This document shows positions 1 through 13,912 of a stretch of DNA of 64,000 bases, piece after piece. This DNA comes from Rhina ancylostomus. Lineage: Eukaryota. The DNA lies in assembly GCA_030265395.1 (NCBI GenBank), contig JARFYF010000074.1, forward strand, positions 24,575,770-24,639,769, written 5' to 3'. The notes beneath the pieces were generated by a model. It saw only the letters and a list, made by a program, of their open reading frames with translations. It was not told the DNA's origin and made no database searches. The position numbers and the translations under genes are program-made. Position 1 is the stretch's first letter; each line of letters opens with the position of its first letter.

Positions 1-147
1 GTGCTAGAGAAACCCAGGTACTTATGCTAGGCCCCTGATGGGGCTCAGGTGAGTGTTGTTATGTAATCAGTCCAGCACGGAATCCATGTGCTGCACAACA
101 AGGCATTAATGGAGCCAAATTGAGGGCCAGAACTCAGAACCATGACA
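1..147 (-). mobile_element. Partial LTR, truncated by the window edge; same family as 28967 and 30471
   Basis: The reverse complement begins TGTCATGGTTCTGAGTTCTGGCCCTCAATTTGG and aligns by eye with 30471-30616 and 28967-29039. Confidence 0.85.
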
Positions 148-344
148 GTGTCTTGCCTATCGATGTCTTGCCTAGCATTCTACTCTTAACCATCAGCAAA
201 TGAGTCAGATAGAAAGGTTGAACACAATGTTATCAAATTGTAGATTCTCACCAATGACCTATTCACAGATGTTTAATGTGGTTTCTGCTCCAGGTGTCAT
301 TGGAGCTTTTGCTCAAATATCAACAAAATAAATTATTTCCAGAG

Positions 345-1320
345 GTAAGATAAGAGTGACCAGCTTTGACATCAAGGCAGCATTTAACTGCTTGTTACAC
401 CAAGGAGCCTTGGTGCAGTTGAAGCCACAATAATATTCAGGAAGATGCTTCACTGCCTGCAGTAATATTTAGCACAAAGGAAGATGGTCATGGTGAGCGG
501 CAGCTATTCCTCTCAGTTTCAAGGCATTTCAACAGGAGTTCCTCAGGACAGTTACTGGGCTCAGTCTTATTTGGCTGCATCATCAACGATCCTCCCTGCT
601 AGAAAAGATCTGAAGCTCCAGTCACAGCTCCTCAGGTCATGAAGCAGAATCTGAACTGTACTCGTGCTCGTGCTGTTAAGGAACAAATAACATTTGTGCT
701 TCACAAGCATCAGGCAATACTCATTTCCAACAACAGTCTAACTACATCCTCCTGACACTTAATAGTTTGACCTTCACCACATCCCCCACCATCAATATAA
801 CAGAAAAAGATGCCATGGACCTGAAACATAACTGGAATAACCACATAAAGATTATGATGACAAGGACATGTCAGAAGCTGGGTATTCCATGGTGAACGAC
901 TCACTTCCTGATTCTCAAAGCCTTCACACCACCTTCAAAGTTTGTGCAATGGAATTCTCCCCACTTGCCTGGATTGGTGCAGTTCCACCCACATTTAAAA
1001 AGCTCAGAACCAAACAGGACAAAGCAGCCCGCTTGATCTGCACTCCCTCCACCAGCCCATTCAGCGGCACAATACGGTTGCAGTGTCCGTTGTTCACGGG
1101 ATGCCCTGCTTCAAATCACTGAGGTTTCTTCCATACCAACCCCCCCCACCCCAACTGCAATGCTCCCTCATAGAAGGACAAGGACTGTAGATGCTGGAAC
1201 ATAACCGGCACCAAGTTCTCCCCCTAGCCGCAGATCATGCTCATTATCCTTCCTACCTGACAGCTGTGACAAAATTCTGCAAATCCCTGCTTCAGGCATG
1301 ATCAGAGCACCCTCAATGCT
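345..1320 (+). mobile_element. Decayed non-LTR retrotransposon (RT and 3' region)
   Basis: GACATCAAGGCAGCATTT encodes a DIKAAF RT motif; GGAGTTCCTCAGG..CAGT resembles GVPQGS; many stops and frameshifts. Confidence 0.7.
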
Positions 1321-2014
1321 CTTCAGTTCTTCAGTCTTTTTAAAGGGTAAGTCGGGATGGAGCAATGCACTCACATCTCCCGCGAATGAATCCAATAACA
1401 TGAGTTTGCAGTCCTGTGAACTGCTTATGTGAATTAGAAGTAAAAGCCAAAAACAAAATTGTCACAAAATGAACGAAAAACATTCACAGGAAATCTTTTG
1501 AAATAAATGAAATATTTTTTTTTCAGAATTAGAAGGAAGACATCCAGTCGCGAATCCTAATAAAATCACAAGATCGTGGAGCACACACATCAGCAGGGGC
1601 CGTTGATTGACTTGTACCGGTTTACTCTTCCTGTAACATTTTATTTTACGTGTTATAGTATATCACTCGTTCACTCTTTAATCTCTTTCCGTGTATTTTT
1701 TAAAACAATATTCTCAATGAGCAACTGAATAGCCTTGTGATTTACTTTCACCACCTCCTTTCCCATTTCAGCAGCTGTCGGATCACCATAATTGAAATTC
1801 CCAGAAGACAAGAAAATGAGTTCACTCGTCACAAAATGCGACGTCTTTGCCTCCTTCAGCCGATACACGTGGCGTGAGCCCGTCTACCTTCGCCGTGCTT
1901 GGAACGTTAAGAATGGGGATCTTTGGGCTCCCGGAACTATTGGCCGAGATCTTCTGAACGAATACAGTGGCGTTCTCATACTCTTCCTGTGACCGTGGGG
2001 TTTGGCAACCATGG

Positions 2015-2110
2015 CCAGAGAAAGGTCCCGACCCGAAAAGTTGACCATCTGCTTTTCTCCACGGATGCTGCCTGGCCTGCTGAGTTCCTCCAGCATCATC
2101 GTGTTTTTCA
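2015..2110 (+). mobile_element. 96-bp retroposed insert (Penelope-like terminal repeat / degenerate hammerhead motif) with 14-bp TSD
   Basis: Flanked by a perfect direct repeat TTTGGCAACCATGG (2001-2014, 2111-2124). The internal GATGCTGCCTGGCCTGCTGAGTTCCTCCAGC motif recurs in degenerate form at about 4975-5070, 31150-31190, 34915-35010 and 41815-41905. Confidence 0.75.
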
Positions 2111-2667
2111 TTTGGCAACCATGGATGTGGCGTTAACACATCTTCATGGAATCTGGTTGCTGCGTCTTCGCACTTCCTTTGTGGAGCGGCACCGAAGATG
2201 TACAGCGTTTTTAAAGGGTTATGATGAAAATGTTGCTAGGTATCTAATCAAAGAATGCTGGCGGAGAATAAATGTTGCACAACGTATCCCATTGCAAGGC
2301 ATATGCACATATGTCTAGCAATGGGATACTTTGTGCAACATTTATGTGCGGAGTGGTATTGGATGCAGATATGGAATGGTCTTATTCATGGAATTTCCTA
2401 TGCTTTTAATTTACAACAGATGTTTTTGACACCGACATTTCTTGGTCGATTTTCAGTTCCTAACCTGGAGTCGTACTGCTGGATAAACCTGCTATCGAGA
2501 TCAGGAGTTCCATGTTTGGATGCATACATATTTCCCCTGCATGACTGGCTTTTAACGCCACAAGGAGACGCACGCTATGTAACATGTCACGTTTACATAT
2601 CCAGTGACAATCGTGTCGAGTTCCCCGAGCAACCTAGGCTCCCCGATGGCAGAAATGTTGCTTCAGC

Positions 2668-3298
2668 CCTCATTGAGAAGGGATTGGAGTTTAATACAGA
2701 GAGGTTTTGTTAGAGTTGTACAGGGTGTTAGTGAGTCCACACCTGTGCACTTTGCATGATTTTGATCTCCTTACCTAAGAAAAAGGATAACGTAACATTG
2801 GAGGCAGTCCAAAGGGGATTCGTCGGGCTAATTCCATGAAAGGGTTGTCTTTTCAAGGGAGACTAGACAGTTTGACTCAGTATTCCTCGGATTTTACAAG
2901 GACGAAGGGCGACCTTATTCAAACATATAAGATTCTAAAGGGGTTGACAGGGTAAATGTTGAGATGTTTCCACTAGTGAGAGAGTCATGGACAAGGGGAC
3001 AAAGCTACAAAATAAGGGGCCCGTCATTTAAAACTGAGGTGCGTAGAAACTTCTTCTCTCGGGGTAGTGAATCTCTGGAATTCTCTGCCCTCTGGGGCGG
3101 TAGAAGCCGGATCATTAGAAGTATTTAAGGTGGAGATGGACAAGTATTTGAAGTGTCGGGGAACTGAGGGCTCTGGGGGAACTAACACAGAAGAAGAGTC
3201 GAGAAGGCAGTGATTGGGTCCTTTAGTATATTTTGCCATGATCATATTGAAGGGATGTGATGGTCTACTCCGGCTCATATTTTCGTGTGTTCTTGTGT
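2668..3298 (+). mobile_element. CR1 LINE 3' fragment
   Basis: Decayed CR1 ORF2 C-terminus (GDLIQTYKILKG-like; GAAACTTCTTCTCTC..GGTAGTGAATCTCTGGAATTCTCTGCC) followed by a 3' tail. Confidence 0.85.
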
Positions 3299-4971
3299 AA
3301 CGGCCAATAAAAGTCTGTGCTAAATTCAGAAAGTTCCCCAAAGATTCAACCGAGTGTAAAGAAACAATTTTAAAAGATGGCTGAAGTTGTTCCATATCTT
3401 GAACAAAGCCCAAGCGCTTTAGACTACCTACTGAACATGATCTCACGCCATCTGGCTTCAGTGCACTTGGGAATCGCACTGGACGCAGACTCCCAAGTTA
3501 CACAACCGCTCTCATGTCCTTGCATACGATGAATTGGTTTGCATCGCAAAAGTGCGAGCATAACGGGAGCCCTAAAGTGAATGTTACCAAATTATTCGCT
3601 GGTTTCCGTAATCAGAGCTGTTTTATAAAACTGCAATGGAAGGATTTTATACGAAAAAAAAGGGTCATGCTCGGACATGTATTATTTTAGACCAGGAATT
3701 TATCAGAATGGAAATCAATTATTTTGGGATGGATTGGGTATATAGAAAACGTGATGTTTACTTATTCTGAGACGCATTGCTAATATTTGCATGCTGCACT
3801 TTGTGGCGTGTGCGTTGGTTTGAAGCTATGTTGTGCCTTTAATTATACATAGTTTTTATACATCAGTAAAAAACTATTTACCAAGCCCTTCCGAGGTTCA
3901 GATCCTATCAAACCTATCAAACAAGATGTGTGTGAGTATTGCAGGACTGAATAACACAGCGCCCTGATGTGTTTACAGCTTGAGCTCCAGATACACCGGT
4001 AATTGATTTACTTCAATCAGTTGCAACATCATTTGCTTTCATCTTTATTGCTACACCATCTTTCTTCCTGGTCTCAGTTAATTGTGCAGGTTTATCAGCC
4101 ATAAGTATTTTCCTTTTATCTTCCGAAAGTTATTATTCCATTCTTTTGAAATGATATGACAGCTGTATTAAAATATTATTTAATCCATTATTTAAAAATG
4201 TCCATAATTAAAAATAATAACATTTGAGCAGAAGCGACGGGACCTTGTGATTACATTTTCACATGCTGCTTCATTATTAGTTCTTCATTATTCCTTGCAG
4301 ACGCTATTAATTACTTCATGATAATAAATAAGGTTGAATATTAAACAGAACGCAGTGATTGGTCCCTTTGGTATATTTTGGAAATGCCGTACTCCAGTTC
4401 TCAAATTATTACATCAAAGATCCACAACAAAGATAAATATATACATAGAGTAACTGCCATCATCCCTGAGAAGGGAATGTAATGCTAGGATTATTTTTAG
4501 ACGATTACTTCAAGGGGAAGTGGTGGAAAAATAATCTTATTTCAGACCCCACCGGCAATAGAAATGTACAACTGCAAACTTCATGAATTCAAACGCGACA
4601 TTGTTTTAGAAGAGAAAATAATTTTAAAATAGCAATCTTGCTCTTCATTTCACTAGCTCGACCGTTTGTGATTACTTGCAGTTACTTTTGCCAGATTTTA
4701 TATCCGTGAAATGCCTTGAAGCGTTTGGCTTCGTTAACATTACGATACAAATTCAAGTTGTTGTTATGCTTCGGTTTTGTAGGAAACAGAATTGCTACAT
4801 TATACAGCAAAGCCAGGGGACAGAAAATGTTATATTTCACCAGATCTAACTATATTATTTGGATTCATATATTATGGTGTTGAAACTAGATAGCATCTTA
4901 TACCCTTGAAATACTAAAATCATATCCTTACAGTTTAGAACTGAGGACACAACGAACGGTGCTGATAATAA

Positions 4972-5070
4972 CAAACAATCTGCTGGCGGAACTCAGTGGG
5001 TCAAGCAGCACCTGTAGGGGTGAGGGAAGGAATTGCAAACGTTTCGGGTCGAAACCTTGCATCCTGACTG
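4972..5070 (-). mobile_element. Second copy of the short Penelope-like/hammerhead-like repeat
   Basis: Reverse complement reads GGATGCAAGGTTTCGACCCGAAACGTTTG...GGTGCTGCTTGACCCACTGAGTTCCGCCAGC. Possible imperfect TSD: CTGATAATAA (4962-4971) and CTGATGATAA (5068-5077). Confidence 0.65.
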
Positions 5071-7257
5071 ATGATAAGCTCCATCAGCTCCCATCCCGAA
5101 CACGTCTCCACATTACGCGCCAATGAGAAATGTATTAACAGCTACATATAGCCGGCGTGGTCGGTATATTCAAGATGCTGCATCAAAGGTAAGCAAGAAA
5201 AGGTTTGTGTGTTTGAGGAACTACATGGCGAGCTTAAAACAACTATGATAGATCCGTTAGTTCAGATTTTTCCTACTGAATTTTAAGGGAATTCAAGGGA
5301 CATTTAATCAATTAAATGTTCAAATATAAAATAGTTTAAGCTTGCGTTATCAAATCGATTATAGGTAGTTTGATGTCCTCAATTTATTATAATTCTTGAA
5401 TATTTATAATTCTTGAATATTTTGCGGGATATTTAATACATTATATTAAGAAATAAAATGATTTCGGCAGGTGCACATACAATTTTTGCATTCAGTGCAA
5501 AAGACGCAACGGAATGCATGGAACATCTTTTGCAATTTCAACAACCGTGATCCTTTTTAAAGACTTTTAAAACATTGGGCTCTTAATAATATGAATTCAA
5601 TTATCTCGATAAAAAGCGAGTACATTTGTAGTCGTCTAATTTGGTATGGTGATCTGTTGCTGGTGGATTGAGGAGGCAAAGCCAAATATTTTTATGTTAC
5701 CAAATACTTCAGTATATAGACTACTTGAGAAAAATGCGAAGATACATGTTCGACTCTGTTATGAGCGGTAACCATATCGATGATATCATGATATGATTGG
5801 AGTACAACAAAGATCAATTGCATCAATTAAAAATTCAGAGTGTCGTTTTCTGATCAATCAATGATATCAAGGGTTATATACGTTGAAGAGAGACTGTAAA
5901 ATGACCCATCCTCTGCACATTTAAGATTCTAAAGAATTTCTCCTATTCCCTCAGCAAGTTATAACCGTCGGGAAGTCTGTGGGTATTGCTACTTCCTCTG
6001 CCCGCCCTTTAATACGACAGTTTTGGATACATAAGATTAAAAATTCAATCCCAGTCGGTTGTGATTCGGTTCTTCTAATTAAACAAAGTCAAATAATGTT
6101 TTTAAGTGCTGCTGCGATATAACGGATAATGAAAAAAAAAAGCGACTAACCAGGAATAAATATGGTCCAGAAACACCATGACCCATTTGTGGACTCCTTT
6201 CATTATTCATTCTTTCACATACCAGCCGATGAATGAGGCTATTTCAAAAATATTTCCAGTATTTGGAATGTCGAGTACGGTTGAGGTTGTAACTGAACAC
6301 AGCTTAAAGGATTTCAAAACAAGGAAAATAAATAACCTTAATTTGAAAACAAGCAGATATTCCTCAGGGGCCACTTTGATTTGGGTCGTTTTAAATTTAC
6401 TTGCACCGTTTAATTTACCCTCCCCCTCGCGTTTACGCAGATTTTGTTTTGTCTTTTGTATTGGCCAAATTTGGAAGCGTGTCCAGCGCATTGAAAAATG
6501 TTACTAATAACATATCTACGTCTGACGTTCATATCCCTGGCCCACGTTTAAATGGTGAACACAACGGAAGACACATCTCTGCACTGCAACTCTGCAACTG
6601 TCTGTAATTATTTCCAGTAACTTCCAATAGCAGATTTTTAAAAAATAGTAATTGGTTTACTGAAATCCTCACTTTTAACCCAGTCTTAAGTGCACAGGGT
6701 AGATGNNNNNNNNNNNNNNNNNNNNNNNNNNNNNNNNNNNNNNNNNNNNNNNNNNNNNNNNNNNNNNNNNNNNNNNNNNNNNNNNNNNNNNNNNNNNNNN
6801 NNNNNNNNNNNNNNNNNNNNNNNNNTATAAACCACTCCCCTCGCGTTATTCTTCGTAACTAACGCGAGTCCCAAAATGTTACGCAATGTTTAATTTTGAT
6901 TGTTATGTTAGAAAAATACTGTAGCGTAGACGTATGAAAAGGCAGCCACGCACAGTGACAACACCCAACTTGAATCCTTTCCTAACATCTTCTAAGTTAA
7001 AAGGCCAATACAATCATAATACAGTATTCCAAAAGGGCGCTGCATTCAGGTATCGCATTTAATCAACAGCAATTTGGTACAAGCTATTTAACAATCAGGA
7101 TTAAATCACAATCACGAATTTATTCAAAAGCAATTGGCTTCCGAATCCATCTCTTTAAAAACTCTTGCATGCGAGTTTTATTCTAAGCTTATAAAACAAT
7201 TGAAAATAGTCGTGCTATAAATCCTTTTCCAGAGGTTGTCGAAATGGGGCACAGTTA

Positions 7258-7317
<60 letters not shown>
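7258..7317. repeat. Compound microsatellite (AT)n(AG)n
   Basis: Directly visible. Confidence 0.98.
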
Positions 7318-7319
<2 letters not shown>

Positions 7320-9202
7320 GGGTCTAATTCATGTTACGACGCAGTTACTTCTAGCAGATATTGCCACCGAGTTTTACAACAATAATCTTAATCGAAAGAA
7401 TCAAACTACGATGCTGTTATAAATTCATAATTTATAGGGTACTTGGGAAAACCACTCGGCCTTGTCAACACAAAGGAGGCTTCGGCTCATATTGGAAAGC
7501 CTGGCTGTTTTGTCCTTCAGTCAACTTGTCATTTTGAACAATTCGAGGAATTCCACCAAACTGCCAGGAACACACATTAGGTATTCATTTTTTGAAACAT
7601 TTTTTCTTTGAAATTAGCTTTGACACGGAACTGAGCAGTTTGATTCTCAATGATTCACTCCCAAACTTCATTGCATCCAGTTTAACGCTTTGAAAGATAG
7701 TCCCCTTTCGCTGTCTGTAATCGAGATTTAACACATCTCTGCGTCAATCTAACTTTACGGGGGAGTCGAGGTTTGAGTAAGAAGCCGGCGATAGCGACTT
7801 TGAAATGAAAGCGCATTGATGCCGCTGCTCGAAATAACATTGCTATGTGAACAAGTGGAAAAGACGCGAGGAGAGAACTCGGTCAGCTTTTGTAAAGCTG
7901 TACGTAAATAATTAAAATGTAAAGTAAATGGAAAAGGGAACTCCGATTTTAAAACGTAATATTACGCCACTCTCTTGTACGTGGGGGTGGGGTAGATAGA
8001 GAGCAGTGTGAAGAAGTTCACTCACCCGGTGTGCAAGTTGAGGTAACGATCCTTCGGTTTGCTTCTTCTGAAGGCCGACACCGCTCGAACACTATTTTAA
8101 CAGAAACATTTCGAACTGGCGCCGACAGCCAGTAATCCTTCACAGCTGGTTTGTAGTCTCTCTTCACGACTAACCCGCTGCCCCCTACCCCACCCCCAAC
8201 CTTTCCCCACCGCCACCACTTCACCACAACCCTAAACTTAATTTCTTAAACGTTTTCCTTTTAATAATGCAAGCTGAAATCCAATCTCTAAAACAAAATC
8301 AGGTGTCTGGCCGTGGGGAACTTGGGATTTATGTCACTCATCTCGCCTCTCCTTCCCCTCACCATACTTTTTTTTTGGTTTGGCCATTTTAAAGCTCCAA
8401 ACTACTGGTAATGATCTGATGTCACTTTACCTCCCAGTCTTGTTAATTGTTAATGGATTCTGCGACAGTCTGTAACTAGTCCAAGCAACAATCTGAACAA
8501 ACTTTGAGTCACTCTTACAGTCAGGCTATAGGTTAAGAGCTGTGCACCAGCGAATCTTTATCCAGACCTGGATATTAAAAAAAACACAAAAAGTCTAATA
8601 CATATACTAGTCAACGTCAATGTTATAAATAAGACATGAAACTATGTTGATTTTGCTTAAAGCTCGAGGTTTTGAACACATATTTGCTGCAAATTTCCTT
8701 TCATAAATAATCACAAAATAAATGCAATTTGGTAACTAATAATATTCTGGTCAGTTTTGCCCATGATTAGGAAAAAGGAGGGAGAATGGGACCGTTTTGC
8801 CAATACTTTTTTGTTTTGAATAATGGTGATACGATTTTACATATGGTTTAGAAAATGGCAAGCAACCCAACACCCGACCTCTGCGCGGTTTAATAGTCAC
8901 GATGATAAAAAGAACGTGGTTATTTCACATCCTACGCTCCAAGACTAATTAACAAAATTCAATAGGGGTAAAATGCTGGTGGGTGGGGGCTGGGCGGGAG
9001 AGGAGGCGGTGTTGAGGATGGTGGGTGCCGAGGGGTGGGGGAGCGGATGGTGTGAACCGTTTAAATGTAGACTTTACACACGGTAAAATTTGACATGGAT
9101 ATATGAGGTGGAACAAATCATTTCTCTGCACCAACACGACTCATAAACCGTACCTTTCTTAAATAGAGATCGCCGTTAAAATTAGATTGTATACGGCGTT
9201 TC

Positions 9203-9208
9203 TTTATT
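9203..9208 (-). terminator. Candidate distal polyadenylation signal (AATAAA) of Pitx1, 3'UTR about 1.4 kb
   Basis: TTTATT on the plus strand. A more proximal AATAAA lies at 9904-9909; usage of either is inferred. Confidence 0.5.
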
Positions 9209-10626
9209 ATTTACATCGTCAAGTTGTGAGCGAGCTGTGCTTTACATATTCCATTCTAAACTTTACTTAATAATTTAACACCTTTTTCAACAATGGAACT
9301 CAGTGCACCTGGGTGCATTTTTCCCATCCTCGCTCCAATTCTAGTTCACATATTAATTCTAAGAACAACAGAGCAAGTGGCTGTTTTAATTCCCTTTTTA
9401 AGGCTCTTTTGGTTGGGGTGGGGGGGGGGGGTAGGTAGTTTGGACTGTGGTTAAAGGACGAGTGGAGTTTTCAAAGCATTACATATTTTTGTGATTGGAT
9501 TCGCATTACTCGGTCACGGCTATATCTTTACACATTTGCAAATTGATATCATTTTCCAAGGCGTGAGGTGAAAGAAATATTTCAAAGCCTTCTGCTGATA
9601 AAATGTGGCACAAAGTTTCAGCTGGCCATGAAATGCATAAATGGAATATAATCATACAAAAGCAAACTGTGCACATTGTTCACCACAGTTAGAGTGGAAA
9701 CAGCTTGATATTGTGGTGGCATCAAAGACCGCAGGCCTTACTTAATCAGAGCCAAGAGGAGTGCAGCCACAATTACGATGAACTGCGCCTTCAACCTAGA
9801 CGTGCTACTGCGATAGATTTCACTGTGAGGGGTTTGTTTCTAAGGGCTGGGGGTGAAGAGAAATCAATTAATCCAGATAATGTTCTGTTGAATGTTTTCA
9901 GATTTTATTACAGCAATTTACACTGTACAACCCTGCTTCCGAAATGCCACCTGGAAGAGAAGTCAATCGGTCGTCGTTTTTGATATTGACCGAAAGTGGA
10001 TAAATAGCAAAGATAGTTCAGCTTTAAAAACTTACGTAGATAAAATTTATACTCTCCGTTGGGTTTTGTTGTTTAAAAATCTATCCAGTTTAAAGCAAGT
10101 CTATGAAAAGCACAGTCATTTTCATGGCATGCTTAAAAAAATGGAGCTACTTTCTTTTTGGGTGAAATAATCCCAGACTAGAGGTAGGTTTTACTTTGCT
10201 GTGGAGTTAGGAATGGACGTAATTAAAAACATTCCTTCATCTGGATTACAGCAATAAACATGCAAATTTTTGTTTAAACATTTTTAAAAATTATATTTAT
10301 CAATGTATTGCAACATGTAACAATAATAGAATCAATTTCTATATATACACAAATCCACTTTCAAATGTTCAATATTAATAGTAAACTCAAGCTTTAAAAA
10401 AAAACTTTCACGGATACCAGACTGCAGTACCCAATTGATTTAAAAACGCATCAATTTCTTGCAATTAAATATTTTTCTTTCACTGGGAAGTGAACAGGAT
10501 GGTGATTGAAATCCAGGAGAGTGGCAACCCGCTCACACCATTAAAAGGTTGCAATAAAATCCTATTTTACTGAACCTTTTTTTCATCTGTCGTGAGTCTA
10601 CACCAAATATCCAGTTATTTTGTATG

Positions 10627-11505
<879 letters not shown>

Positions 11506-12731
11506 CTAAAAAAATCTAAACTGCCTCTGCTCGTATCATGGTTCAATTTCTTCAGAACATTTTCTTTTAAAAGAGGTTTGATTTTCTGCCTGTGATCACA
11601 TCTGGTTATAGAGAGCACTAAATATGAGAAACTTCAAAATGATTGATTCTGAATTTCACTGAACTACGGGCGCGCCGAAAAAGACAGCAAGGGGGGAGTT
11701 TCGCGGAAATGGATTCGCCCCTTTCAGGAACAAGCCAATGCCCTGATCTGAAATCTTCCTGGAATGTAATTTAAAAATATCTTGATTTCTCTGAAAGGAT
11801 ATTGAAAGGTTTATCGTTCATAACTCCCTTTCAGCGACAATTGTTTAAATTCATCGCCAAACATTTTACTTCCTGGATGAGAGTTGAACGACAATCAGTC
11901 TTCCCCAGTGAACATAATTAATTCTTAATAATGATTGCTTAGCAGGAGGAAACATGGTTGTTAAGAGCACCCACCCGATTTTCTTCAATTATAGTCGTAT
12001 TTTCTTTGAATACACGTGAGGCTGGCAAAGCAATCATTTTCATGAATAATGTTCAGTACTAGCGTTTCTCATGGCTCTTCTTGTAAGTTGCATTAATGGA
12101 GAAAATAAACCAATTATTGCATAATCAGGCACGATTTTTAAATCTACGACAGTTATACTATTCTTGTAAAATTAATGCAATTCGACATTCAGATTAACTA
12201 GTAAGTATTTGCTTTAGGGAATTCTATGATGTTTGGTAATAGCAGGGTTAGGGAAATTTACAAAGCACTAGTGTCTAATTTTACAGTCTGAAAAATGCCA
12301 GACAATGGGGTTATTGTCAGTCTTGCACGTGAAAACACTGAGAAATGCAGAGGTGCTCATTACTCGCTTACGAACACACATGGTTTGCTTCCCTGGCAAT
12401 CGCTGTAACCACCATGAGCTCAGTGTGGAGAGTAGGGATACACACACATTCCCTGACAGCGAGCTCTTACATCTGTACAGCTGACATGGCAATCTTTTGC
12501 GACTTATTACAACTTGCCTGGTTACCAGTCAACAAAGTTCTCGGGGCAAACACCCAGCTTCATTTAAAGGCGAGGTGCATAATGTAATTATTCCTTGTGG
12601 ATTATAATATTCGTGCCCATCGATCTTCATTCCCAAGGAAAGGTTTGAAAACTCAGTTTGCTCTGATTATGCTTTAGGGACATCAATTCCATCAAGTATA
12701 TCACGCCAGTTCTCAGAAAAAAAGGCAATTA

Positions 12732-13160
<429 letters not shown>

Positions 13161-13912
13161 CTAACATCTTCACAGTACACCAAACCAACCAGCAACGTAA
13201 TCTTACTACAATAAAAGAGACGGTGGCACGATGGTTGAGTATTGTATTTTTAAGGACAATGCGTTATTGGTGATCAAATTGCACCAAAAGCACGAGAACT
13301 GCACATGTGCAAGGCGGGTAATAGTAATGAGTGAACGGCAAAAGAAAAATCTTTACATTGACTAAATGTCAATATTATCAGATTGTTCGTACGCTTGCGA
13401 TTGTTGCAACAGGCGTGAATTATGGTCGGGAGGAAAATAGGTCGTGTAAAGTTAATAAATTGTTAATGTCAATTTGTATGCTGAGTGCTTACAGCACAAA
13501 ACGTTGCTTTAGTTCACTTTGTCGTACAATTATTATTGACAAACACCCTGATCAACAAGAAGCCATTCACAAATAGCTCGGAAAGGGCAGTCAGATGTGC
13601 AACACGTAAACCTGTTTCATTCTGACAGTCTCCCAATGAACTGGGTTAAACATTAACATTTAACAGAACAATTTGGGATTTAATAATGACAGCTTTTATC
13701 CTTCAACGATGCCTTTATCTCGCTTCATAATGCAATGAACAGAACGAGGCAAGAGAAAGCAGCTTCAGTTCAATCGGGTCTTTACATTTATTCTTGCACT
13801 AGTTATCACCAGATATTATTTCGAAAACTGGACACCAGAGATTGCTGGTAGGTTAGTTTTTCCTTTCGGAGCACTCATTATATCAGCAGAAGCAACTTGA
13901 TTGACCCATTAC

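Noticed and set aside
1792-2713. Overlapping 66-152 aa ORFs
   Set aside because: No recognisable domain; they span a TSD-flanked insert and reflect locally higher GC.
5384-5422. Short tandem duplications (TTATAATTCTTGAATAT x2; also about 3904-3921 and 43875-43896)
   Set aside because: Two-copy slippage repeats with no spacers; not CRISPR-like or otherwise structured.
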